From the NCBI GenBank assembly GCA_003344405.1, contig NOWV01000150.1, forward strand, positions 124,001 through 187,199: 63,199 nucleotides of DNA, read 5' to 3'. The notes under the pieces were generated by a model. That model did not search any database and had not been told where the DNA came from. It was given only the letters and a program-made list of their open reading frames with translations. Shown piece after piece: positions 24,301-36,900 of this stretch. Every line of letters begins with the position of its first letter. Within the stretch, counting starts at the first letter, position 1. Source of the DNA: Trichoplax sp. H2 (Eukaryota). The position numbers and the translations under genes are program-made.

Positions 24301-27300
24301 AAGCTAAATAGAAATTCAGAAGGCTTGACTACAGAGAAGGGGTTAGAGTAATTAACTTAATGTTAATGTACGAGTCTATAACTTTGATCGAACTGCATGT
24401 ACTGTATGTGTGTGTATAACCTGATATGTTTCCGTATGTATGATCGAAGCTTGGTCCAGTAAGCCAACTTGTGGTTTGGCCTCTACGCCTTGTCCACTGG
24501 AAGGTAGTTTCATTTGGATGTTTCCAGTTACAAAATCCAGACTCGAAAGTACAATTTAAACTATCGATACCGGCTGAAAATAATATAAAATTATAGTTCA
24601 AAGTAATTATTAGTAATTTAGTTATTGATAAATTACTCTAGAAGATCGTAAAAATTGTATCTAGATATAGTCAGTATCTGTATTAAAATAAAATAGTCGA
24701 AAGTCTTGTAAAAATTTATTGTAAGTATAACGATTAGACGCAATTATTTAGTACGTTCGTAGATCGTGATAATTGGAGATATACGTATAACAACATAACT
24801 AGATTAAACATACCGTTACGACAAGTTACGCCTATATCTCCGGAATGATTACAGTTATGAACGTTCCAACCGTTATGTGGACAATCCCTTAGATAGGTTT
24901 CGTTACCTCTGCAGCGTAGACCACTTAGCCATATACGACTGGTACTAGAGCCGTAGTAGTTACTATAATTCGATGCTCCTGAATTGAAACCTAACTGTCT
25001 ACACGCTACGTTGGCGTCAGTCATGTCAAATGCATAACCACATACTGTACCCCATATATTATTATGATAGATATTAATACGTCCAGAATTAAGAGATCGA
25101 TCATCGACAAAACGTATTTCACCATCGAAAACTTGTATTGGTTTGTTAACATAAAAATTCGAGTATAAGAAAATCATTCTCATTGTAAAACTACGTATAC
25201 CGCTATACTTTTAATTAATTAATCAGTAGGTAAAATATTGTATTTATGTAACATGTATATATACTAGAATACGATTGATTACTGTTTAACCATAACGTAG
25301 TAGTGAATACACACGTATTACGATTGTTATTAACGTAATATTAATCTAGGAAAGTGTAAATGTAAAATTAAAGTAGATATTAACTAGATTGAACATACCA
25401 AAACGGCAAGTTACGCTAATATCTTTATCATGGCCACAGTTATGAACTCCCCAGCCGTTGTGGCGACATTCTTTTAGATACATTTCGTTACCTTTGCAGT
25501 GTAGATTACTTAGCCATATAGGACCGGTGCTGCTAGAGCCGTGGTAGTTACCATAATTGGCTGCTCCTAAATTGAAATCTAACTGTCTGCAAACTACATT
25601 GGCGTCAGCCTTGTGAAAATAATCGCTACATACAGTGCCCCACATATTATTATGATAGATTTCTAATCGTCCAGAATCAGCATATTGACCACCGACAAGG
25701 CGTATTGTACCTTCGCCAACTTGTAATCGATTAATGAAAAGAATTTGAGTATTAAACGAGTGTACTGCCGTTATACGACAAAAGGAAGCAAAGTCAATTT
25801 TTTCGAAAATTTGAGTTTATTAATTCTAATTACTTATTAGGGCGTAATCTAACGGCAGACTAAATTTGATACTGTTCCTAGTATTCTCTGCCTATTTTTT
25901 TACTCAATTGGTATGACCCATTAAAACGGAATTTCTACCATTATATCGTACGCTAAATTCTACAAAGTTACTATACATCGCTGAGATGGCTATATTATAC
26001 TAAAATTGCATACGATTTTATTAAGACGATTCTAACTACTGTATGGCAGCATGCACTTTGCCATGGACTTCTAGATCGCCTGGACGAGACACGAGTTACC
26101 GTGAATTACAGTACTTAAATAAGCGATAGCATTAGATTTTATATAGCAATGAAGGTACTGTAGCATCTTCATCACTATAAAAGTGATGGCTTTAGAATTC
26201 TACTTTCTAGCAATTTACCATCGAAATATAATAATATTGCGATATATTGTTGAGATATTGACATATATATATATACTCTAACCTATAACGTATAATAAAA
26301 TGTTCCGAATATTGTAGTAATTTGATAGTATAAAAAATTTAAGACATATCTATTAAGTGATGCTGACAGACGCAAATTACTACACATCGTCAAATTTCAT
26401 GCAAACTATTTAGAAGTTCTTGTAAGAGTCCATGATATAACTAGCACTTTACACCCGTAACTATCTCCCTTAGTAAAGTGTGTTTGTACTGCTGTATTTA
26501 TTGATATTCACGAAAAAATTTCGTTTTGCCAGAGTAATTCAAGCCAAATACTTATAGCGCTTATGTATCACAGGCCTAAAGCTCAAGCCCAGATATGCCT
26601 AGTTTATTGTTAGATAGTCTAGCCCTAAATACTGAACTGTATCCATAAATAATCTGCTTTGCTCTGTTTAGGCAAAGAGGGGGAGGGGAGGGATTAGTAT
26701 TGTAGCCAAAGATGTAGCAAGAATGCTGTCTAGAGTTCTAAGATATTCCCACTGTTTGAAATCAACCGACTAATTACTATTTTCGTGCAATATGTACACT
26801 TACCAAATTCACAGAAATCACCATTGTATCCTTGCGGGCATTGGCACAGGTAATGAGAACTGTTTCCAATACATGTTGCATAACTTGAGCAAGGGTTGGA
26901 ATTGCAAGTATTATTACTTGACGACAAAACTATATAAGATAAAAACTACGTAAAACGTCGGTCCATAATAGACGGTATTTTAAAATCTAAGACAGTTCTT
27001 TATAGGGTTTTTACAAATTAACTGATTGTCTATACAGATACGTTTAAATATACCGTAATATACAATACTCGTACAGTGTATTGCATATTAGTAGTTAAAC
27101 TATGCTGTATGCCTGTTTACGACATGTTAACGACTGGATTAGAAACTCATAAGTAAAATCAACTATACTTTAGTATAAATTGCTGTCATTCACGGATAAG
27201 CTGAACACTGTAATTCTTACCTAATAGGACAAATTGTGATTCAGATATGATGAGCTGAATTAAAATTAAGAGTAAGTTAGAAACAAATCATTGCGATTTT

Positions 27301-27956
27301 ATCGATCAAATTGACTCCGAAAAAGAATAAAATACGGCAATTTGATATTTAACTTTAGCAAGTTTGCGATTAATTTGTTCATGAATTACGCGACACATAA
27401 ATACAAATGAAAGCGTAAAAATTCTATGATTATCTCGCTAGAAATTCTTTTAGTTAGTTGAAATTAACCGGTAGGTAACGATTCACTACTTGTAAGTTCG
27501 TCATCTTTCTGTATAACATACATTAAGATTATTCGTCTGACTTGATTCTGGTTTAAAAATAGGCTATAAATTTACTAACGATAGCTACCGTACCGTATGT
27601 AAGTAACTATTCACACTCTTTTCATGCTTAGTCGTTAACATTGTATAAGAATTTTATATTGTAGTTAATACAGTAAAAGATTCAAGCGATATTTTATAAA
27701 ATTACATAGTATTTGCTGTTAAAGAATTGCCATAGCTTTCACGATATTAATTTGATACTGGCTTAATGGCTTTATCAATCTCGTACGTGTATATGTACTA
27801 GTTGCTTAGATCATAGCACGTATAGTGTCTTTCATATTGTTTGTTCGATTCTAATAATCGATATCGTTTCTAATAAGAGTACAATCGTCTGGATAAAATA
27901 TTCTGTGAATGACTTACCAGCACAATGCTACAGAGAAGCCAAATATTTTTCCCCAT
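18319..27956 (-). CDS. Paralogue B: SP-EGF-SRCR-SRCR-MAM-EGF(15+)-SEA-EGF(3)-TM (lacks NIDO-AMOP-vWD); spans an assembly gap
   Basis: Signal exons 27918-27956 (MGKNIWLLCSIVL) and 27221-27254 (LIISESQFVLL), EGF 26804-26929, SRCR 25399-25719, SRCR 24814-25131, MAM exons 24421-24573, 23888-24123 and 23641-23722. The terminal exon is probably 18319-21260 (1002-aa ORF with cbEGFs, SEA GFKVGSII, TM AVIGIAVGSIGVVIIFAALLLLG). Confidence 0.7.
19524..20515 (-). repeat. Near-identical 498-bp (4-EGF, 166-aa) tandem duplication inside paralogue B
   Basis: acattgagcgttagtgtgac occurs at 19531 and 20029. The protein block DVDECLSEVHRCSIHAYC...NLDNCHTNAQCIN occurs twice with few substitutions. Confidence 0.9.
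21641..21660. other. Assembly gap flanked by a duplicated segment (21096-~21415 repeated at 21661-~21980)
   Basis: 20 N. The sequence after the gap (tcttgcatgtacaagaatatgaacc) restarts the sequence seen at 21096. Confidence 0.9.
22117..22422 (-). pseudogene. Degenerate SRCR exon within paralogue B
   Basis: [31 protein letters not shown]..., then a 2-nt deletion (GTAGTGTAGACAA versus GTAGCGTGTAGACAG in exon 24814-25131) and TGA in place of GGA. Confidence 0.8.
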
Positions 27957-30900
27957 TTCAATCTATATCATTCGGTTCGCTACATAAAGTAGATTGTTTT
28001 GGCTTTATCTCACGCAATCTTCCTAATTTCGAATTTTATATCTGTGATTTTAATCAGTATTGGTGAAAGGTTGTTTATTTATTAAGCTAGATACTATTAT
28101 CATTTCTACGAGACTGAAATAAAGAAATACAGTAATAAATTCTTCTTCAATAGTTATATAATTAATCAGAAAATAAATTACATTCTATTTTATACTAAAT
28201 ACTCAGTATCTTGCTCTTTACTAAGTAGAAGAGTCTGGCTTACTCAATTTATGGCGTCAAGATTTAAGATTATTAATTTTATTCTAAAAACAACTCAATT
28301 AGGTATCAACGATTATACTATGTGACGGATCTAGATATATCATTAGAATGAATAAATATTCGTAATAAGAAAGAATGGGACATAAGTACACTAATGAAAT
28401 TATGATAATTCGCTTCTACTAGACGTTAAGAAATCTTAAATTAGTTAAATAAGTGGAACTTTTCAGCGCGCTTACTCATGATACTTCATGTACTTGTCTA
28501 CTTAGAGAGTCATAAGCGCTTCACTTATGGTTATTGTATAAGATCGGTAAGTAAACTATAAACAACTAAATTACGTGAATAGATGATTTGAAATCAGTTC
28601 GATTCGAAGTTGAATGATTGCAGCCTATGTTTAATTAACCGAACCATTAATATTGTGAACAGGGAATATCAAGATTCCAAAACTAGTAAACAACAGTCAA
28701 TGAATTATAGATGAATATGTAATTATATGTGAGGAGACTTTTGACCTAATATTACAACGTGATATAAAATTACTTTAACGAACAATCTTTAAATTAGATT
28801 TATCCTATCCGTAACCGCATATCATTTAGAGTCTAGTGGCATAGCTATAAGCTACGCTTATCACGGTAGATATACAGTATTAGTACTAACTTTATGAATT
28901 TATCATTATTTTTGATGGGATAAGGTTCATTTAGTCTCCTTTATTCGGTTTTCGATATTATTCTCATTCACTAAAACTATAGAAGTGGCAAGGTACAGAA
29001 ATGTAAATTTACAGTATACGCGTATACTATACCGTACAGTATACGTATTATGTACAGTAAATGGGGATTTTTTGTAATACCGTCACAGTCAAGCAGAAAG
29101 TAGAAGGAAAATTACGCCCATCTCCACAATCAGTATTAAGTGTAGATGGTTTTTGTCGACTTTAAAATGGTCAAAGAGCTTTAGAAATGGTATTAACCAA
29201 TAAACTTCTAAACTCTATCGTGAAGAAGTGGGTATGCTACCATATTGTGCATGCACAGTGTATAAAATATGCAACCGTCAGCGTTCTTCTACTTCCAAAT
29301 TTGAGCGAAAATGCCTGGCTACGCGGCCGCGGTTGTACATTTAGTAAAGAACATACTAAATTCTACATAGAAACTTTGTGTTCGTTAATAGATATTAAAC
29401 ATTTTATTTCTAGTACTGTAGATAATAATTTACATTCTTTTCGAATTACGCTAGAATTTGATCATTTCGATATACGTACTCGTGCGTACATAATTATTCT
29501 CATCCTATTTTACGTCACATACTTATGCTTTCTAGCGGAATTAATTAAGTACTGTAGAATTTAAAAATTATTCTTCAGGATTACACTAAAATGCGACCAA
29601 TTCAGTATACGTAGGTAATTATTTTGCTAATTTCTATCTTGGGTAAACATATCTTCTGGAAGAGTTACGTCACTCTTACCGCCGTCAATAAGTTTAACAT
29701 TTTCGTTTCTTATCGCGTAAATGGCGTAATGATATTTGTTTAGCATAGCTCTGCTATAGTATCTCTACATTACTTTATACTTATTGCGTACTCGTTCAGC
29801 AAGAGTTTACTTAAGTTCGAATGAGATAAAATTTCTTAATGCTGACTGACATAGGAGCATTTCTTGTCATATTGACCTAGGATAAGCCATAGGTAAGATT
29901 TTGCTAATGAAAGTACTATAACACATTTGCCTGCACATTAAAGCTGTGATATAGAACATTTTTTAAAATTTGTATAACTAGATCTAACCAGAATACCATC
30001 GTTACATTTTCGTGCAAAGGCCTAATGAGTAATTGTTATACTGTACTAGCGTTCAGAATAAGTACTATTTTTAAAATCAGGCAACTTTGGTAATGGTGTA
30101 TTGGTAATTGTAGGATTTTGTATTGACGCTAAAATTGGTCGGCTTGGTTTTTCTTCAAATTTACTTTCACTATTGCTGACATCGGTTTCAGCTATTAAGC
30201 TATTCTGGCTTTCTGGAATAGTATTACGAGGCTCAATGCTTGTTTGCTCATTAACTTCTATTTGCACTCTAACAGTTGGTGAGCTTGATGTTTGATTATT
30301 TCTGTTTTGATCCTGTGCTATAGATTTAATAAATGCAATCTTAGGTGAATGATCCTTTAATTCAACTTTATCGCTTGAAGAATCCGCTAATGATTGATGT
30401 TCGGTGTGGTCTTTAACGACACCATGTGCTACTGAAGTTCGTCTTTTATAGTATGGACTTCGTAGATAGTATACAAGGCCAGCTATAGCGATTAAAAATA
30501 CTGCACTTACTGTTCCCACCGAAATTCCAGCCACTGCCCCAATCGAAAGTCCTGTTGCTTTTAAATTGCTACATCTAATGCCAGTATAAGCGTCAGTACA
30601 ATTACATGTGCGTGTATTATTTTGGTAAATACATTTTCCTCCATTTAGACAGAAATCATCATTGCATTCAATGCTACAACCGGGATTGGAGTATGGATTG
30701 CCTTGATAGCCAATCAAACATGTACATGTATATGAACCTAAAGTGTTTCGACATACAGCGTTAATTCCACATGATTCTGCTGCCAGACATTCATTGATAT
30801 CGACACAGCTAGATCCAGTGAAACCAACTTTACATTGGCAATTGTAAGTACCCGGTAAATTAATACAGTTTTGATTACTATTACAGATGTTGTCTGTTGA

Positions 30901-33900
30901 CCATGCACATTCATTGAAGTCGGTAACTGTGACATTTTGTATCGGTTGTCCTTGGATAATAACTGAGCCAGTAGATATGATACTAGCAATTTGGTTTGGA
31001 TTAATATTAGAATTTTGCTTAAATATCGGATAATATTCAGCAATGATACTACCAGCTTTGAATCCTGTAACCTCTACTCGTTCGAAACCATCTTTGGTTA
31101 CCGAAGAAGATTCAAGGGCTAAAGTTAATACTGAAGTAATCTGCTGCTTAAGTGTTTGAAATATAGCAGAATTTGAATTGTTCAAGTCTGATGTGAATGT
31201 ACCACCAATTTTAAGACTTCCAAAAAAGACCTTGCCTTGTTGACAGTGAGAATCGCTTTGAAGTTGAATTTGCGATAATGTATTGTTAGAATAGTATCCA
31301 AGTTTGCAGCTGCAATAATACTTATTCTCAAATATCATACAGGTTGCTCTATTAGTGCAGTTATTATTTCCGTCACAGGTAACAACAGCAGCGCAAGTAA
31401 CACCGTTGCCATAATAACCTGGTTTACAGTGGCACGTAAATGATCCTGGAATATTAGTACAAAGAGCATTACTATGACAATTATATTGGTTACTTGAGCA
31501 TTCATCGACGTCACTGCAATTAATTCGTGCATTTCCAAAATAACCAGCGTTACACTTGCATTGATATGATCCATTAGTGTTAATACACTGAGAATTATTA
31601 ACGCACATATTGAGACTAGTAGCATTGCATTCATCGATATCCTGACAAGTAAATCCATCTCCTGAATAGCCACTATTACAACCACATGTATACGATCCAA
31701 TGCTGTTACTACAAGCCGCATTAACTGAGCACCGGCGTAATCCAGATGTACAATTGTTTATCTCTTTAGTATTGCAATTAAACATTGTTGAACATTCATT
31801 GACATCCTGACATGTATATCCATTCCCTATAAAGCCTGGCTTGCACATACAAGAGTATGATCCATTGTTGTTCATACAACTAGCGTTAGAAGAACACATA
31901 TTTGAACCTGTTAAACATTCATCGATATCGCTACAAATTTTACCATTGCCAGTATAACCAATTTTGCATTGACAAGAATATAAACCAGGTGCGTTGGTAC
32001 AGTTTGCATTTTGACTACAGGGATTATTTTCTAAACATTCATTAATATCGTCACATGTCCAACCATCTGAACCAAATCGATAGCCGTTCATACAACTACA
32101 TGTATAGCTACCATCGTTGTTTGTACATAGTAGATTAGATGGACTAGGATTGGAGTTACACTCGTCGATATCTTCACTCTCAGTCTGGCTTCCATATGTT
32201 AGCGCGTAACCTTTCATACATGAACATATTTCAGATCCGTTTATATAGGCGCAAATTTGTGAACAATTATGTCCAAAATCACATGGATCGCTAACGCTAC
32301 ATGTTAGGTTGTTATTATTTAGTTCAAAACCTTGTTCACATTCACATGTAAACGATCCTTCTGTATTAATACAAACTTGGTCACATGGTCTAAATCGTTG
32401 GCATTCATTTATATCCACGCAAGTAAGTTTATCACTACTTAACTCGTAACCTTGAATACATGAACATGTATAACTTCCGACGGTGTTATTACAAATTTGG
32501 CTACAATTATTAGACATATTTTGACACTCATCTACGTCATAACAGTTTATGCCATCGCCTACATAGCCCGAATTACAAGCGCAGCTATAAGAACCAATTT
32601 GATTAGTACATGTAGCGACATTACTGCAGTTATTTGATCCAGTAATACACTCATTAACATCAGTACATCCTCTATTATCACTATTCAGAGTATAGCCAGG
32701 TAAAGACTGACAACTGTAGCTCCCCTCTTCGTTAATACAAGTTTGACTGCATGCATGTGTGCCATTTAAACATTCGTCATAATCAGAACATTTCAAGCCA
32801 TCACCGACATAACCTATTGGGCAATTACTACATGTATAGCCAGACATCGGAGCGATATTGTCCGTACAAGTAGCATTACTGAAGCATGGTTGATCTGCAC
32901 ATGCATTAAAATCTTGTGTACAATGATTACCAGTCCAAGCAGGATTGCATCTACATTTAACTTGATCAACATTATCAACAGTAACCATTTCGGCTGGGTA
33001 ATCGCATGTGCCATTATTCGAGCAATAGCACATAATAATTTGAGGTGCAAGCTCGCTTCTTGCTCCTTTATTATCTGTAGCAACAAATGTTAATGAAATA
33101 TTCTCATAGGTAGATATATTCCATGTAAATGTGTAAGTTTGTCTATCGAAATGGGAATTTATTGGAGGATTAATGATCTCGACTGTAACAATGTCGCCAT
33201 TATTAGGATCTGTTATGTTCAATGTTGTAGTAAACATATTTCCATAAGTGACATTATATGTCGTCGATCCAGAAATTTGAGGGGGAAATTTTCTAATTGA
33301 TTACTTGTATCTTGATATATCTGAGATGTATCTTTACTAACGACAGCAGCATCAAATAAACATTCACTATTATTACCGCATTGTGCTACGGCTTGGTTAT
33401 AGAGTTCCGTATTATTAGCAAATAATGCTTGAATATTTTGACCAAAGATTGGCGTAAAGTTTGAATCTGAATAATTACTAGCCGATAGACCATTAGAATA
33501 GATAAAAAGTGAATCACTAGCGTTAATCATCCATAATTGGCCAAAAATTGTAAAATATTTGGGATTCTGTTGAATTGATATTCAAGTATGATCCATGTGG
33601 TCGTTTGAAATCATGATTGATATTATCATTCCAAGTACCTAAAAGACCAGATGTTATACCTTTAATTTCATCAGGTCCATTGAAAGCAATAGTTAGCATT
33701 TGTGTTAATAGTGTAGCTTCCATAGATACTCCAGACGTAAAGATCGCAGCTACTGTTATATTTGATAATCATTGTACGTCCTTGTAACTGAAAATTTTTA
33801 TTTATAGTTTGCAATAGAATATATTCACCCAGTCCATTGAAGGTGTATAGTTTTCCATCAAATGTCCTTACATGAGGATCACCCCAGAACCACGCTTTTC

Positions 33901-33978
33901 GCGATGCTCTATATCCAACACATTTATTGATAGGTCTTTTCTTTAAGTAGAGACTACATAGGCTAGATCGCATGCAAC

Positions 33979-33998
33979 NNNNNNNNNNNNNNNNNNNN
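33979..33998. other. Assembly gap between two versions of the same vWD segment
   Basis: 20 N. 33322-33978 repeats 33999-34883 but with internal deletions. Confidence 0.9.
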
Positions 33999-36900
33999 TG
34001 AGATGTATCTTTACTAACGACAGCAGCATCAAGATTTAATGTTAATGCAGCATCAAATAAACATTCACTATTATTACCGCATTGTGCTACGGCTTGGTTA
34101 TAGAGTTCCGTATTATTAGCAAATAATGCTTGAATATTTTGACCAAAGATTGGCGTAAAGTTTGAATCTGAATAATTACTAGCCGATAGACCATTAGGAT
34201 AGGTAAAAAGTGAATCACTAGCATTAATCATCCATAATTGGCCAAAATTGTAAAATATTTGGGATTCTGTTGAATTGATATTCAAGTATGATCCATTCGG
34301 TCGTTTGAAATCATCATTGATATTATCATTCCAAGTACCTAAAAGACCAGATGTTATACCTTTAATTTCATCAGGTCCATTGAAAGCAATAGTTAGCATT
34401 TGTGTTAATAGTGTAACTTCCATAGATACTCCAGACGTAAAGATCGCAGCTACTGTTATATTTGATAATCTGGTAACATCGACATTATTAAATTCACGGG
34501 TTTCATTTTCAGAGAGGCTGTCCATATTAAATGATATTGTTCTATTGACTAAGATATCGATACCATTAAAAGTCGAATTAAGTGTAAATTGGACAATATC
34601 TGCACCAATTTCCATAGTAGCGAATTCAGAGAATACGATAGCAGCCGCAGATAGTGAGCTATTTCTAATAGCTTTCATTGTACGTCCTTGTAACTGAAAA
34701 TTTTTATTTATAGTTTGCAATAGAATATATTCACCCAGTTCATTGAAGGTGTATAGTTTTCCATCAAATGTCCTTACATGAGGATCACCCCAGAACCACG
34801 CTTTTCGCGGTGCTTTATATCCAACACATTTATTGATAGGTCTTTTCTTTAAGTAGAGACTACATAGGCTAGATCGCATGCAACAATCCGTTAGAGCCTC
34901 ATTGTTTCTGGCTTGTAAGGTAGTATTCCTGAAAATAAATGAGCTTCCAAAGGGATAATTAGTAATTAATGAACCGAAAGATTTTCCTGCTAAAGAGTAG
35001 CAGCATCGTTGATATACACGCTCGCCACTGAAAACTCTTCGTGAAAACCTTGATCTCACGTAAAATGTATTCAAGTTTAATCTAAATCGTCTATCACGAA
35101 TAGCTTGAAGGATAGAGCAAGGGCATAGCCTTCGTAGTAATTCATTTAGATAAACATCTGGTAATGGTTCATTGACGAACCAAGTTCGGCAACGTTGAGC
35201 ATAATTAATATGATTTATAGAGGGATCATCAACTCTGTACATCCATCTGCCTTTTTTACCATAATTTCCAGTTGCACTGTCAATCCGTAACAATTGTTTT
35301 GTGTTGGAATTTGGTAATTCATAGTATACATAGGGAATTTATTACTATAGCCTACTCTAGCATTTGTAAGTCGATATCTTTTCCACCAATTCATACCTTT
35401 TGCTATCGATGCGTAGTATCTTAATAGTATTCGAACTAGGCAGCTCATAAGTGTAGCTAGGTACTTTATTACTATAACCAACTCGAGGCCGAACGAACCT
35501 ATCCTTTTCCACCAATTCATACCTTTGTCGGCATATATGAATGATGCATATAAGTTGTCACCATTAGATGACAAGATCAACTGAAAAGTATTAGTAACGC
35601 CATATTTTGCTGTGACAGAGGATGGATATGGTACTAGTTTATGCCAGGTTATTATTGTTACTAACTTCGTATCAAATTTAGTAACAGTTTCATTAAACAA
35701 GCCGTAGCTAGTATCACTTGGATTTCTAGATAGATACTTTTGGTACCGAGCAACATCCATACTAGCATTCGCTAAAATTTCTCTTGTTAAGCTAGTAGGA
35801 TTTAATGAAGTGTACTGGTTGATGTAAACCTGAGAATTTGGAAAAAATCAACCGTCTGCATCAGCGAAGAATGGAGCAATAAAAGGGGCATTTCGTGATC
35901 TGTATAATGATCGATTTGGCGACCCGTAATAGGGATTACTAAATGATACAAATCCATTAATTGAAATCTGTGATATGATGTTGTGGAGTAATAATACAAA
36001 AATTACCGTAAGAAAATAAATTTAAAAAGAAAAGTAACCCGAAAATTGCCACCTTGTAATATGTTATGCTGTAAATTTTCTGGTAAATAATTAATAAACT
36101 AATACCAGCGCTACGTAAAATTCACTTACATATAGTTTACGCTGAAATTTATTCATGAAAAATATTGGTGTTCTCGGGTAGATTACGAAAGGTCTGCCAT
36201 CTACTCTACCGAATGATTGATCGTTTTGTGATGGTCCGTATGGGTAAAGCCTTAACTCTAAGATGGGATTAATGCCGCTATTAATCTGATATCAATTTGC
36301 ATTTCAAAGCTTAAAAAAATCTTATAGGGTTTGAGGTGATAATATACAAAATATTTCAAAATAATTCAAATCTTAAATTTTTTTATCGTAAATAGAAATT
36401 GCAATCGTTATGGCATAGACACGCGTCAAAATCAGACTGTACTGAGATAATGGTGTACTATACCTTTGCAAGTTAATCCGTCTCCTATATACCCAGGATT
36501 GCAGTAACAGCTATAGGAACCTATGGAATTATGACACATATCATTCTGATCGCAGCTGTGCATGGCCAGATCACATTCATTTTGATCTTGATGTTTTACA
36601 GAATAATATTATGATTAATACGGTGCCGTTATTGATTATGCAATTAGTGATCTATCCATTCACTAATTACTGGTCGTGCACAGAAATTTTTAGTAAAAGC
36701 CTGACTATTACATCACGTATTGTACGAAGTATTAATTATTTATATACGTGTTTCGTCTTAAAAGAGTGGCATTTGAACCCTGGTTTGCATTGACAGATAA
36801 ACGAAACATTCCTATTATGGCAAACTGCATTTTCATGACATGTGTGATTTCCAGCCACGCACTCATTGACATCTTCAATAAAATGCATGAAAAATTACTA

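Noticed and set aside
29187-29564. 125-aa plus-strand ORF in the B-C spacer
   Set aside because: No recognisable motif or splice context; likely chance.
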